Source: Macrostomum lignano (Eukaryota). Taken from it: DNA of 64,000 bases. Positions 1 through 12,660 of this stretch are shown in pieces. The notes beneath the pieces were generated by a model. The model made no database searches, was not told the origin of the DNA, and worked only from the letters and a program-made list of their open reading frames with translations. The stretch is taken from contig NIVC01000750.1 of NCBI GenBank assembly GCA_002269645.1, positions 124,001-188,000 on the forward strand, written 5' to 3'. How positions within the stretch are numbered: the stretch's first letter is position 1; every line of letters starts with the position of its first letter. A program made the position numbers and the translations under genes.

Positions 1-64
1 TGTTGAAACCACAGCACAGATTTGCTACGCATGCATTGCACTCGCCCCAAACATTCATATATTC

Positions 65-655
65 GTAGAATCTCACCTGAGACTGTCATCTACAGGATTT
101 ACATGTAATCTCAACTGAGACTGTCATCTACAGGGACGGAATCTCACCTTAGATTGTCATCTACAGGGACAATCTCACTTGGGACTGTCATCTACATGGA
201 CAATCTCACTTGGGACTGTCATCTACAGGGATAGAATCTCAACTGAGACTGTTATCTACAGGTTGTACATGTAATCTCAACTGAGACTGTCATCTACAGG
301 GACGGAATCTCACCTTAGATTGTCATCTACAGGGACAATCTCACTTGGGACTGTCATCTACAGGGAAAATCTCACTTGGGACTGTCATCTACAGGGATAG
401 AATCTCAACTGAGACTGTCATCTACAGGGATAGAATCTCACTTGAGACTGTTATCTACAGAGATAGAATCTCACATAAGACTGTTATCTACAGAGATAGA
501 ATCTCACATAAGACTGTTATCTACAGAGATAGAATCTCACATAAGACTGTCATCTACAGGGACAGAATCTCACCTGAGACTGTCATCTACAGAGATAGAA
601 TCTCACCAGAGGCTATCATGTACAGGTATAGAATCTCACCTGAGACTATTGTCTA
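65..655. repeat. 33-bp minisatellite (gaatctcacNNNagactgtNatctacagNgata)
   Basis: Direct tandem copies. Confidence 0.95.
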
Positions 656-744
656 GTTCTCAGTAATCAAACCCAGGTACTTGACGATTAAACAGGCGTA
701 CTAACCGCAACCGACTCTGCTTAACTTTCGCCCGCCCCGCTCAC

Positions 745-1446
745 CAGTCTGGATGCAGTCGAACGGAATCGTGAACTGGCCAATAAAGTCGTCACCGATT
801 GCGTCATCGTCCAGCACCACGAGCCGCAGCAGGGCCAGCTCAGGCAGACTCACCCGGAACTCAAAGCACTCATCGAATACCGGATTATAGCCGTTGCCAT
901 GCACCGTTTTCGTCCGCTCTTCAGAACAGTCAGCGGGCAGGCCGAACACTTCCACAACAACGCAGGGGTCGGTGACGTCGCCCTTAGCAACGGAGCCGCG
1001 CGGCTTTGGCAGCTGCGAGCCGCTGATGACGCGAATATGGAGGCTGTGCGGCGCCAAGTCCGAGCCGCCTCCGCCGCGCTGGGCGAGGAAGGCGAAAGTC
1101 TGGCGCATGGCGCCCGGCTTCAGCACGAAGCCGCAGGAGCCGTTCTTAGAAAACTGGCCCCGGTTTAAATCGGTCATGAGGCCGGGAGTCTGATGGTTGA
1201 GGCAGACCAGCTGACAGCCGCAGCTCCACATGTCCTGAGGGTTGTAGTTGCTGGAGTCCACCCGGATGGCGTTGGGCTGCACTTGCACTAGGCAGCGCCG
1301 GCTGTACTCCACCAGGCCGTCCATGTCCGACTGGGCCAGACGGAATGCGGCCGACTCGCTGATTGACCAAACCTGCTGATGGAGCAGCTGGTGCTGCTGC
1401 TGGTGATGAGGCTGACGACGGGAGGCCGCCTGCGCCGAGTCGGATT
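745..1446 (-). CDS. PLCL: PLC-like gene, Y-box and C2 domain exon; gene continues beyond the left edge
   Basis: RVDSSNYNPQDMWSCGCQLVCLNHQT, NGSCGFVLKP and C2 motifs; GTGAGC donor after 745. Confidence 0.95.
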
Positions 1447-1494
1447 CTGGGAATGAGGACAGGAGTAATTTTTGTTGGATTTTCCGAGCTCTGC

Positions 1495-1870
1495 AATTTG
1501 GATTTTCTTGGGGTTCCCCCGGGTTGGATTTCCTTTTGGCCTCCCGAGGTGGATTTCTTTGGGGTTCCCTGAGGTGAATTTCCTTGAGGTTTCCCGAGGT
1601 GGATTTCCTTGGGGGTTTCCCGAGGTGGATTTCCTTGAGGTTTCCCGAGGTGGATTTCCTTGGGGGTTTCCCGAGGTGGATTTCCTTGAGGTTTCCCGAG
1701 GTGGATTTCCTTGGGGGTTTCCCGAGGTGGATTTCCTTGAGGTTTCCCGAGGTGGATTTCCTTGGGGGTTTCCCGAAGTGGATTTCCTTGGGGTTTCGTA
1801 GGCGGACTTTATTGAGATTTTCCTACGTGGATTTTCTTGGGGTTTCACCCGGGGGTGGATTTCCATGGGG
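1495..1870. repeat. 25/26-bp alternating minisatellite (gaggtggatttcctt...tttccc)
   Basis: Tandem copies with a 51-bp higher-order unit. Confidence 0.9.
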
Positions 1871-2027
1871 TTTTAGAGATTTCTTAGAAAATTATGAAAT
1901 TTCCTGAGGATTTTCCAAGATTTATTAATGACTTTTGGGATTTTCCAAGACTTCCATGGAATTGAAAAGGACTTTTCCCAGGATCTAGTTGAGAAAAAAA
2001 TTCTTTTTTCAGAACTTTTCAACTCAC

Positions 2028-2545
2028 TATAAAAATGGAAGCAGCAGTCGTCCAAATCCGCGAACCGCTCGGAGCCCAGAGCTGCCAGATCCGACAGCTC
2101 CTGGCTCAGCTTGATCCGCCTGCCGCACTGCTGCTGCTGAGGCGGCGGCTGCTGCTGCTGCTGCTGCTGCAGGGACTGCTGGGACTGATTTCCAGCCTTT
2201 TTAAACGCCTTGGGACTTCGATCGCGCTGAATATCCACATTGTCGTCCTCTTCGCTGACGTAGCCGAAGGCGACTGCGCTTTGCTGCACGGTGGCCACCT
2301 GCCGTTCGCAGCCAGCCGAAGCGCCACCTTCTGGCGGAGGCGGCAGCTTCTTGCACTTCACCAGGATGCGTCGGCGAAGTCGAGACGGCGTCAACAGCCG
2401 AGGATCCGACAGCAGTTGAACGTCCGACTCGCTGGCAGAGCCGGGGTCCAGCAGCCAGTCGCCAAGGGTGGAACGAATGAGCTGCACCATGCGGCACTGC
2501 TGGGCCAGGCTGCAGTGGTTCTCGATGCTCAGGATTAGCGGCATG
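2028..2545 (-). CDS. PLCL: PLC-like gene, X-box end and Q-rich X-Y linker (PLILSIENHCS...ILVKCKKL...LSQELSDL)
   Basis: ORF 1873-2586; cgcAG acceptor and GTGAGT donor. Confidence 0.92.
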
Positions 2546-2586
2546 CTGCGGGAGGGTTGAGGTGGCGCGTGCCAGACTCGTTCCAT

Positions 2587-2990
2587 CTTGAGGATCTTGA
2601 GGAATTCCCCTTCTCGGGGATTCCCATCTTGAGGGATTTCCCCTCCATAGAGATTCTTGATCTTGAAGGATTTCCCATCGTGAAGGATTTCCCATTCAGA
2701 TGGATTTGCATCCTGGGGGATTTCCCATCTTAAAAGATTTCAAATCTTTAGGGATTTCCCATCTTAAAAGATTTCAAATCTTTAGGGATTTCCCATCTTG
2801 AGGGATTTCACATCCTGAGGGATTTCCCATCTTGAGGGATTTCCCATCTTGAGAGATTTCCACTCTAGATGGATTTTCCATCGTAAATGATTTCCCATTT
2901 GAGGATCGTCAGGAATTCCCCATTTTGAGGATTTCTTTAACTTAAGGATTTCATATTTTAAGGGATTGCCCATCCTAAGGGATTGCACTA
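2587..2990. repeat. Degenerate ~18-bp repeat (ttcccatcttgagggat)
   Basis: Tandem, degenerate. Confidence 0.8.
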
Positions 2991-3499
2991 TTTTGAGTTC
3001 CGTTTTCCTATGGAATTTTTACATTTTACATAATTGTTACATGAGGGATTTCCCCATCATAAGAGAAACAGACTATTTTCTGGGATTCTGGGATATTTTT
3101 TCATCATGAGAGATTTACCAATGTGTTTTACGAATACTTCTTATTAGAGCAATAAAAAAATAATTTTAAAATATTGGCAATAGATTTTTCGGCATCTCTC
3201 AAGGCACCCTGCCGCTAATTACCCCGTAGCGCATGCAGGAGCTCGTCTCTTCATCTACCTTAACGACAGGACTTCAATTAAATTAATTAGACCCAGTTAG
3301 TGTCCTGTCAGCAGGTGCAATTAACATAATTATAATTTTTCAGGATAAAATCCTGAGAAATCAAATCGGCTTAAAGAAAGATAATTAATTAGCTTCATCA
3401 AATGTATTCAGTTTCATTTGTGCTGATTGCAGTTCTCAGAATTTGTTCGATTTCGAAGATAAAAAGCTTAAGTCGTTCCTAGAGACTTCCTAGCTGTTT

Positions 3500-4100
3500 C
3501 TAAAATCCCAAATTCTGGTCCCATCCCTACAGAAATCCCACACCCTGACCTCAACTCCGTGAGACATCCCACACCCTGACCACACCCCAATAGAAAATCT
3601 AATATTTGATCCCATCTCAATAAAAATCCCACACTCTGATCCCTTAACCAATAGAAATCCTACAACCCAATCCCATACCCAATAGAAATCCCACACCCCG
3701 ATCCCATACCCTATAGAAATCCCACACCCCGATCCCACCTCCAATAGAAATCCCACACTCTGATTCCACCTCCAATAGAAATCCCACACTCTGATTCCAC
3801 CTCCAATAGAAATCCCACACTCTGACCCCATACCCAATAGAAATCCCACACTCTGATCCCACCTCCATTAGAAATCGCACACTCTGATCCCACCTCCAAT
3901 AGAATTCCCACACTCTGATCCCATACCCAATAGAATTCCCACACTCTGATCCCATACCCAATAGAAATCCCACACCCGATCCCATACCCAATAGGAATCC
4001 CACACTTTGATCCCATCCAAAAATCCCACACTTTGATCACATCCAAAAGATCCCACACCTTGATCCCATCCAAAAATCCCACACTTTGATCCCATACCCC
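3500..4100. repeat. ~31-bp minisatellite (cccacactctgatcccaYNYccaatagaaat)
   Basis: Tandem copies. Confidence 0.9.
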
Positions 4101-4111
4101 AGAGCACTCAC

Positions 4112-4232
4112 TCGGTCTTGTAGAAGGCGAACTGCCTCACGGTATCCAGGACATCCCGCAGGCCAATCTTGCTGGTGAGAGTGTGGCCGTGGTATATGAT
4201 CGGCTGATCATTGGGGCCGTTCCACACTTCGA
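4112..4232 (-). CDS. PLCL: PLC-like gene, X-box exon (LEVWNGPNDQPIIYHGHTLTSKI...)
   Basis: PIIYHGHTLTSKI motif with the second catalytic His. Confidence 0.93.
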
Positions 4233-4338
4233 CTGGAATCAAATCATTAATGAGGCTGATTGTAAATCTAACAAAATTAAGTTTTAGATTTAATATACTG
4301 ACTAGAAACACAAGCAAGATAACAATCTACCAACTCAC

Positions 4339-4424
4339 GCTCAATGTAACGAACTTGCGACTTCAACGCTTTCTCGTAGCCTTCAACGCTGGACTTCCCT
4401 TTTAATTGGTCCTCAAGCAGGTAG
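4339..4424 (-). CDS. PLCL: PLC-like gene, X-box exon (YLLEDQLKGKSSVEGYEKALKSQVRYIE)
   Basis: YLLEDQL motif; tgcAG acceptor and GTGAGT donor. Confidence 0.92.
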
Positions 4425-4514
4425 CTGCATTTCAAGGTTAGGATAAAATCTCGTTTGGTGGGCAAAAAACTCCCCCCCCCGGCTAAAGTGAAACCAATCA
4501 GGATTTCTACAAAC

Positions 4515-4632
4515 GTGTTATGCGACGAGTTAATAAAGTAGTGCGCCAGCGGCTGTTCCATGTCCTGGCACACTGCCAGGTGCTCAGGGTCGAAAATATC
4601 GCAGAATTCCGATTGAAGAAAGGCGGTGAATC
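4515..4632 (-). CDS. PLCL: PLC-like gene, X-box start exon (QDMEQPLAHYFINSSHNT)
   Basis: Canonical X-box motif with the first catalytic His. Confidence 0.93.
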
Positions 4633-4689
4633 CTGGATCAGGGTTTTGGAGGGATATCAAAATTTATAGTTCGGAATTCGGGAAATTCA

Positions 4690-5180
4690 TGAAATTCGGG
4701 ATTTAATATTTGGTATTTGGGATATGAGATTTGAGATTTGGGATTTGAGATTCGAGATTAGAGATTTAGGATTTGGGATTCGGGATTCGGGATTTGGGAT
4801 TTGGGATTTGGGATTCGAGATTTGGGGTTCAGGATTTGGGATTCGGGATTTGAGATTTGGGATTTGAGATTCGGGATTTGGGGTTCAGGATTTGGGATTC
4901 GGGATTTGAGATTTGGGATTTGAGATTCGGGATTTGAGATTCGGGATTTGGGATTCGGGATTCGAGATTCGGGATTTGGGATTCGGGATTTGGGATTCGG
5001 GATTTAGGGTTCAGGACTTGGGATTCGGGATTTGAGATTTGGGATTTGAGATTCGGGATTTGGGATTCGGGATTTGGGATTCGGGATTTGAGATTCGGGA
5101 TTTGAGATTCGGGATTTGGGATTCGGGATTTGAGATTCGGGATTTGGAATCCTGGCTTTGGAATTTAGGATTCGGGGCTT
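4690..5180. repeat. GGGATTT/GAGATTC heptamer repeat
   Basis: Tandem. Confidence 0.9.
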
Positions 5181-5320
5181 ATTATTTGAGGTTTTCAACG
5201 CCACTTACGTACATGGTATTGGAAATGTCACATACTGTACAGGATTAAGTGCTAGGACAAACCATCAGGGATCTTTTACATGTACTGGTTTACTCAAAAT
5301 CCCATTAAACGCAGACCCAC

Positions 5321-5414
5321 CGTCAATGCCTAGCTGCCCTTTAGCCCGACCCTCTGTAGACGGCTCGAACTGGTTAATAATTTCCGAGCACTTCTCTTTG
5401 CTAACTTTCGAATT
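5321..5414 (-). CDS. PLCL: PLC-like gene, EF-hand exon (KCSEIINQFEPSTEGRAKGQLGID)
   Basis: Manual translation; typical PLC EF4 sequence; splice phase fits. Confidence 0.9.
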
Positions 5415-5488
5415 CTGAAATAAAGACACGAGCTCGAGTTAAGAACTGTCGATCATACAAAGATCAATAAAAGTTATGAGCACCGTAC

Positions 5489-5555
5489 CCCCTGTTCGGC
5501 TTCGAGAAACATGAGCAGATCTTCTGTAGACAAATAGTCTCCATCTGATGAGTAT
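5489..5555 (-). CDS. PLCL: PLC-like gene, EF-hand exon (YSSDGDYLSTEDLLMFLEAEQG)
   Basis: Manual translation; FLEAEQG motif; splice phase fits. Confidence 0.9.
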
Positions 5556-5709
5556 CTGCGCATTGGTGAAATCAGTCAAGTTAAGGTGCGACTCAGAAGG
5601 CAATGCAATCAATGCGGTTAGTAAACAATTCTGTATCACTTTCTGTACTTTCTGATTCTGTATCAGTATCTGTATCACTTTGGTCAGAACAATCTTTACT
5701 GAAGTATCT

Positions 5710-6080
5710 GATCTGAATCTGGGGTGTCCAGATCTGGGGTGTCCAGATCTGGGGTGTCAGGGATCTGGGGTGTCCGAGGGATCTGTGTGTCTGAGGGATC
5801 TGGTATGTCTGAGGGATCTGGGGTGTCCGAAGAATCTGTGTGTCTGAGGGATCTGTGTGTCTGAGGGATCTGGGATGTCCGAGGGATCTGTGTGTCTGAG
5901 AGATCTGGGGTGTCCGAGGGATCTGGGGTGTCCGAGGGATCTGGAGTGTCCGAGGGATCTGGGGTGTCCGAGGGATATGGGGTGTCCGAGGGATCTGGGG
6001 TGTCCGAGGGATCTGGGGTGTCCGAGGGATCTGGGGTGTCCGAGGGATCTGGGGTGTCCGAGGGATCTGGGGTGTCAGAG
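5710..6080. repeat. 18-bp minisatellite (gagggatctggggtgtcc)
   Basis: Tandem. Confidence 0.93.
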
Positions 6081-6524
6081 ATCCAAACAGGTCCATTAGA
6101 CAGGCCACTCCAAACTCACAAATAGTACAAGCCCCAGGACAGCGCCCATTTCCCTCCAAGTTCTTGCCGGGGGAAATCAGGCGGGCAGGCGAGAGCCCAA
6201 AGAAGAAAAAAACTGGAGCATCTTCTTCAAGACGGCAGGACATGCTCAGGCATGCAATAACCGTGTCGCTGAACTGGAAAAATGACTGATTTGGACTGGG
6301 GGGAGAGGGCGTGCTGCTCGCGAGCCTCTGTCTCTCCCTTCGCCACTCCTTTCTGCTGCTCCACGTTTTCTTCAGAAATTTAAGGCGCAGGATTTTTCTA
6401 GGAAAGCAATTAGTTATCATACACTGAGGGCTGGACTGATTTGGAATAAATGCGGAGGAGTAGTCGCTAACTGGAGATTGATGAAGGCTAATTGGTTAAA
6501 TTTGAAACAAGAGCAGAGAGATTA

Positions 6525-6895
6525 GATGCGATGAGACAGGATGAGATAAGACAGGATGAGACAGGATGAGACAGGATGAGACAGGATGAGACAGGATGAG
6601 ATGAGACAGTGGGACAGGATGAGATGAGACAGTGGGACAGGATGAGATAAGACAGGATGAGACAGGATGAGACAGGATGAGACAGGATGAGACAGGATGA
6701 GATGAGACAGTGGGACAGGATGAGATGAGACAGGATGGGACAGGATGAGATGAGACAAGAGGAGATGAGACAGGATGAGACAGGATGAGATTAGACAAGA
6801 GGAGATGAGACAGGATGAGACAGGATGAGATTAGACAAGAGGAGATGAGACAGGATGAGATTAGACAAGAGGAGATGAGACAGGATGAGACAGGG
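6525..6895. repeat. 10-bp repeat (gacaggatga)
   Basis: Tandem. Confidence 0.93.
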
Positions 6896-7068
6896 TTTAG
6901 CTTCAATCTGACTCCCCAGTCCCGATTTTGGCTATCTAAAAATTTGCAAAAAGTACGAAAATCGAACGGAAATAATTAAGAATTTAAGTGGAACTCGAGC
7001 CAACCGAAAGTCAATTCTCCAAGACCCATTTCGCCCCAGAGATCTGGCACGCCTGACATTTGACTTAC

Positions 7069-7181
7069 CTGACAAGCAGGAAGTAAACCTCCGGCCGCGT
7101 TGAAATCTCCTTAAACAGGTTAACAAACTCTGAGCTACTCAAACGACCGCGGGAAGAGATTGCGTTAGCGATGTCCACCTC
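7069..7181 (-). CDS. PLCL: PLC-like gene, EF-hand exon (SSEFVNLFKEISTRPEVYFLLVR)
   Basis: Manual translation; TRPEVYFLLV is characteristic of PLCL; GTAAGT donor. Confidence 0.9.
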
Positions 7182-7244
7182 CTGGATTTGTGGCGAATAG
7201 GAAGAAATTTTTATGGTGGGCTGAATAGGATAAAAATCACCAGT

Positions 7245-7890
7245 GACTAGGCTGAATGCAATGGGATCTTATTGGGATAAAATTCCCCTAGAACTAGGCT
7301 GAATGCAATGGGATCTTATTGGGATAAAAATCACCAGTGACTAGGCTGAATTCAATGGGATCTTATTGGGATAAAATTTCCCTGGAACTAGGCTGAATGC
7401 GATGGGATCTTATTGGGATAAAATTCCCATGGAATATGATGAATGCAATGGGATCTTATTGGGATAAAATTCCCATGGAATATGATGAATGCAATGGGAT
7501 CTTATTGAGATAAAATTCCCCTGGAACTAGGCTGAATGCAATGGGATCTTATTGGGATAAAATTCCCCTGGAACTAGGCTGAATGCAATGGGATCTTATT
7601 GGGATAAAATTCCCCTGGAACTAGGCTGAATGCAATGGGATCTTATTGGGATAAAATTCCCCTGGAACTAGGCTGAATGCAATGGGATCTTATTGGGATA
7701 AAATTCCCCTGGAACTAGGCTGAATGCAATGGGATCTTATTGGGATAAAATTCCCATGGAATATGCTGAATGCAATGGGATCTTATTGAGATAAAATTCC
7801 CCTGGAAATAGGCTGAATGCAATGGAATTTTATTGGGATAAAATTCCCCTGGGACTAGAATAATGCAATGGGATCTTATTGAGATAAAAA
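7245..7890. repeat. 46/47-bp minisatellite (tgaatgcaatgggatcttattgggataaaattcccctggaactaggc)
   Basis: About 14 copies. Confidence 0.95.
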
Positions 7891-7941
7891 TCCCAAGGAA
7901 AAGGAAGCAATGATGCAAAAGCAAAGAACCGTTACCCTCAC

Positions 7942-8071
7942 CTTCAACTTCTTTTTAATCCTGGAGGTGTTGACGCCGCTGTTGAGTTTCTTCATCAGCT
8001 GGATGACGTCCTGCTCATCGAGAAATCCGTCTTCGTCTAGTGAAGCGGCTGAGAACACTTCTTCAAGCCAT
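7942..8071 (-). CDS. PLCL: PLC-like gene, EF-hand exon (WLEEVFSAASLDEDGFLDEQDVIQLMKKLN...KKKLK)
   Basis: Part of ORF 7876-8229; splice sites and phase consistent. Confidence 0.88.
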
Positions 8072-8192
8072 CTAGCAATGTTATTTATTGGTAAACTAAT
8101 TTTTATGTCTACTGTCAATATGACTACCATATTTGGTAAGTGATGAGTGCATCTTGACTGCATCTTGGCAAATACGGACAAAGTTGACTCAC

Positions 8193-8232
8193 CTGTCGCG
8201 CATGAGTTGCCGTTTCTCAATTGTATCACTTG
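8193..8232 (-). CDS. PLCL: PLC-like gene, 40-nt PH/EF linker exon (SDTIEKRQLMRD)
   Basis: ttttAG acceptor, GTGAGT donor, phases 1 and 2 fit the neighbouring exons. Confidence 0.75.
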
Positions 8233-8309
8233 CTAAAATAAAAGTACAAATAAACCGGTTAGCAAGTTTTAGTGACCGATTTGCTGCGTATTCTAATTTA
8301 TTAATGACT

Positions 8310-8374
8310 AACTGACAAACAAACAGACACTAGGATGGACACTGACAGGCACTAAAACACAGACAGACAGACAC

Positions 8375-8453
<79 letters not shown>

Positions 8454-8464
8454 CACATACACTA

Positions 8465-8553
<89 letters not shown>

Positions 8554-8610
8554 CCCACACAGACACTAAGACAGACAGACAGACAGACACCTACACAGAC
8601 ACTAAGACAA

Positions 8611-8641
<31 letters not shown>

Positions 8642-8878
8642 CCCACACAGACACTAAGACAAACAGACAGACAGACACCCACACAGACACTAAGACAAAC
8701 AGACAGACAGACACCCACACAGACACTAAGACAAACAGACAGACAGACACCCACACAGACACTAAGACAGACAGACACCCACACAGACAGACAGACAGAC
8801 AGACAGACACTAAGACAGACAGACACCCACACAGACAGACAGACACCCACACAGACAGACAGACAGACAGACACCCAC

Positions 8879-8909
<31 letters not shown>

Positions 8910-8990
8910 CCCACACAGACACTAAGACAAACAGACAGACAGACAGACACCTACACAGACACTAAGACAAACAGACAGACAGACACCTAC

Positions 8991-9021
<31 letters not shown>

Positions 9022-9262
9022 CCCACACAGACACTAAGACAAACAGACAGACAGACACCCACACAGACACTAAGACAAACAGACAGACAGACACCCACAC
9101 AGACACTAAGACAAACAGACAGACAGACACCCACACAGACACTAAGACAGACAGACACCCACACAGACAGACAGACAGACAGACAGACACTAAGACAGAC
9201 AGACACCCACACAGACAGACAGACAGACACCCACACAGACAGACAGACAGACAGACACCCAC

Positions 9263-9293
<31 letters not shown>

Positions 9294-9382
9294 CCCACAC
9301 AGACACTAAGACAAACAGACAGACAGACACCCACACAGACAGACAGACACCCACACAGACAGACAGACAGACAGACACCCAC

Positions 9383-9413
<31 letters not shown>

Positions 9414-9474
9414 CCCACACAGACACTAAGACAAACAGACAGACAGACACCCACACAGACAGACAGACACCCAC

Positions 9475-9505
<31 letters not shown>

Positions 9506-9554
9506 CTAAGACAGACAGACACCCACACAGACAGACAGACAGACAGACACCCAC

Positions 9555-9585
<31 letters not shown>

Positions 9586-9590
9586 CCCAC

Positions 9591-9621
<31 letters not shown>

Positions 9622-9640
9622 CCCACACAAACAGACACAG
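8310..9640. repeat. Compound (GACA)n microsatellite with cccacaca/actaa interruptions
   Basis: Direct. Confidence 0.97.
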
Positions 9641-9658
9641 TAAAACGCGGTCACGCAC

Positions 9659-9874
9659 ACAGCTGCCCAGGCCGGCCATTGATGAGGCAGGTGAGGCCGG
9701 TGACCCACACGTTAGCGTCGTCAAGGGACACGGCGACAAGGTCCATGGACAGGAAGTCCTCGCCGTAGATGACGGTGAAAGCGCAGTCTGCAGGGTAGGC
9801 GGCGGCAACTTCGCTGTCCTTCAGGATGGCCGACGTGCGGCCGCGGCGAACCTCCTTGAGCTGGTCGATTGGCA
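9659..9874 (-). CDS. PLCL: PLC-like gene, PH domain C-half exon ([14 protein letters not shown]...[13 protein letters not shown])
   Basis: ORF 9651-9896; ttccAG acceptor; donor position approximate. Confidence 0.88.
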
Positions 9875-10274
9875 CTGGAAAGGAGGGAAAGAACACAAAA
9901 GGTGAGATCTATATATTCATATATTAGAAATCAAAAGTACATTCCATACACCTCTAACACACCCAACATTTTGTTTTAATTAACTCCATTTATTACTCTT
10001 TGCAATAATATATGAATCTATAAAATAATAAGCAAATATTAGCGAAAAATCAGCGAAGAGCAATGATTTATTACTTTCTACACGCTAATACACCAAGGGT
10101 AGAGTAAAAATGAATTATAGACTTCTTCAGACGGAGTGAGAGACTTAAGCGGGGCTCGTGAGCTAGGGGAGGCCATAGAAAGACAAACATTAAACTGGGA
10201 AGCGAGTGGACGGAGTCAAGGACACCCTGAACTAAAGTCTGGAAGTGCCAACTGTTTCCCATGACCTCTTCGAG

Positions 10275-10618
10275 TTTCGAGCTTGTGAATATTCGAGCTG
10301 GTGAATTTTAAGCTTGTGAAGATTCGAGCTTGTGAAGATTCGAGCTTGTGAAGATTCGAGCTTGTGAAGATTCGAGCTTGTGAAAATTCGAGCTTGTGAA
10401 GATTCGAGCTTGTGAATATTCGAGCTTGTGAATATTCGAGCTTGTGAATATTCGAGCTCGTGGATATTTGAGCTTGTGAAGATTCGAGCTGGTGAATTTT
10501 AAGCTTGTGAAGATTCGAGCTTGTGAATATTCGAGCTTGTGAAGATTCGAGCTTGTGAAGATTTGAGCTCGTGGATATTTGAGCTTGTGAAGATTCGAGC
10601 TCGTGGATATTCGAGCTT
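10275..10618. repeat. 16-bp repeat (ttcgagcttgtgaaNa)
   Basis: Tandem; same motif as inside the MITE at 54058-54392. Confidence 0.93.
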
Positions 10619-11094
10619 ATAAAATGCTTCCATCGGTATCCAAGGATTTTTAACTTATATCAAGTTTATGCCACATGCACATAAGACAAATTTGCGCTCC
10701 AGATTTTATTTTAGAGATGTCCTTGACCGAGTGCAAGCCAGTGCTAGCTCAGCCTCTCTACACGCTGAGCACTTCCGCGTGAGTGAGCTCAAATTGCCTA
10801 CATCTTTTAGAGCCTCTTACCCTCTCTCCCGCCTGTCTCTCAGCTCTCTCGTGTCGGCGAGAGCATTCCAGCGCTACTTGATTTTAGTTTCTGCTTACAT
10901 ACTTGGGGCCGGCGGCCAGCACTGGCTTGCATTGTATCGAATTAATTTCTCATGGCTGCTGCCCACATAAATTGAAGTTGGCCAGACTGATAGAGCGCTG
11001 TGTACTTTAAAATGAACAATCAGCATGCTTCACTGCGTGACGGGAGACAAAATTCTCAATATGAGTAATGTAGATGTTGTGATTGACAATATTC

Positions 11095-11640
11095 CCGATA
11101 CTGTAAGCCCGAATTCCCATACTGTAAGCCCAGATCCCCATATTATAAGCCCAGATCCCATACTATAAGCCCGAATTCCCATACTGTAAGCCCAGATCCC
11201 CATACTATAAGCCCAGATCCCATACTATAAGCCTGAATTCCCATACTATAAGCCCAGATCCCATACTATAAGCCCAGATCCCCATACTATAAGCCCAGAT
11301 CCCATACTATAAGCCTGAATTCCCATACTGTAAGCCTAGATCCCATACTGTAAGCCCGAATCCCCATACTCTAAGACCAGATCCCCATACTGTAAGCCCA
11401 GATCCCTATACTGTGAGCCCAGATCCCATACTGTAAGCCGGAATCCCCATACTATAAGCCCGAATCCCCATACTGTAAGCCCGGATCCCCATACTGTAAG
11501 CCCAGATCCCATACTGTAAGCCCGAATCCCCATACTGTAAGCCCAGATCCCCATACTGTAAGCCCAGATCCCCATACTGTAAGCTCAGATCCCTATACTT
11601 TAAGCCAGCCCAGGTCCCCATACTGTAAGCCCAGATCCCA
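11095..11640. repeat. ~22-bp minisatellite (ccccatactgtaagcccagat)
   Basis: Tandem. Confidence 0.93.
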
Positions 11641-12124
11641 CGACCTCTCCCGTACTCCTTCAGCCTTGCAGAAGCAGTGGCAGCCCATAATAACAGAGGC
11701 AATTCATTTGGCACTTGATTACGCCTCATCAATCCCGCCTTATTCCAATTCCAGCCCAGCATCCGCTCCAGGCATTCATAAATCATTGTGTCATTATCCA
11801 TTTCCTGAGTAGATTTCTCACACTAGCGATATCAGATGTATTCTCGCTGTGGAAGATGTAGATGTCCATAATTACTCGTAGGCGTTACGCGGGAGTTGCA
11901 GTGCAGAATCCTCCTTGTGTCAGTAGATCCCGCAGCAGTAGACAGATTATCGGATCAGCAGTTGACAACTTTTCTTACTTTGCTCTCGAGGGTTTATTTG
12001 CTCACTGGGGAGGCTTTTGGGAGGATCAATGCTCTAATTTATTGCCCTTACATTTCTCACACTCTTATTACATCAGACATCCTATATACTAAAAATCTCA
12101 GTCTAAATCTATCAATAGATCTAC

Positions 12125-12660
12125 TTCTGGATGTCCCTTTAGATGTCCTTTAGATGCTCTATAGACCTCCCTATTAATAATCCTTCAGATGTTCTTATAA
12201 GTCTCCCTCTAGATGTCCCTCTAGATGTTCCCCTAGATCTTCCCCTAGATTTCCCTCTAGATCTTCCCATATATCCCTCAAGATGTCCCTCTAGATCGCC
12301 CCTAGATCTCCATCTAAACTACACTCTAGATGTCTTTTAGATGTCTCTCTAGCGTCCCTCTAGATCACCCTGTAGATGTTCCTCTACAGTAGATGACCCT
12401 CTAGATGTCCCTCTAGATCACTCTCTAGATGCCCCTCTAGATGCCCTTCTAGATGTCCTTCTAGATGTCCCTCTAGATCGCCCCTAGATCTCCATCTAAA
12501 CTACACTCTAGATGTCTTTTGATGTCTCTCTAGCGTCCCTCTAGATCACCCTGTAGATTTTCCTCTACAGTAGATGACCCTCTAGATGTCCCTCTAGATC
12601 ACCCTCTAGATGCCCCTCTAGATGCCCTTCTAGATGTCCTTCTAGATGTCCCTCTAGCTC
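12125..12660. repeat. 13-bp degenerate repeat (gatgtccctctag) with a ~190-bp internal duplication
   Basis: Tandem. Confidence 0.88.

Noticed and set aside
894-2695. Several 90-170 aa ORFs overlapping the PLC exons
   Set aside because: Shadow ORFs from GC-rich coding sequence.
6080-6420. Unique block in a PLCL intron within ORF 5593-6420
   Set aside because: The EF-hand is complete without it (7069 splices to 5555); no recognisable motif in the frames read.
11406-11806. Minus-strand ORF MDNDTMIYECLERML... as a PLCL exon
   Set aside because: The real PH exon is at 14363-14512 and splices in phase to 9874; this ORF has no clear donor and runs into a repeat.
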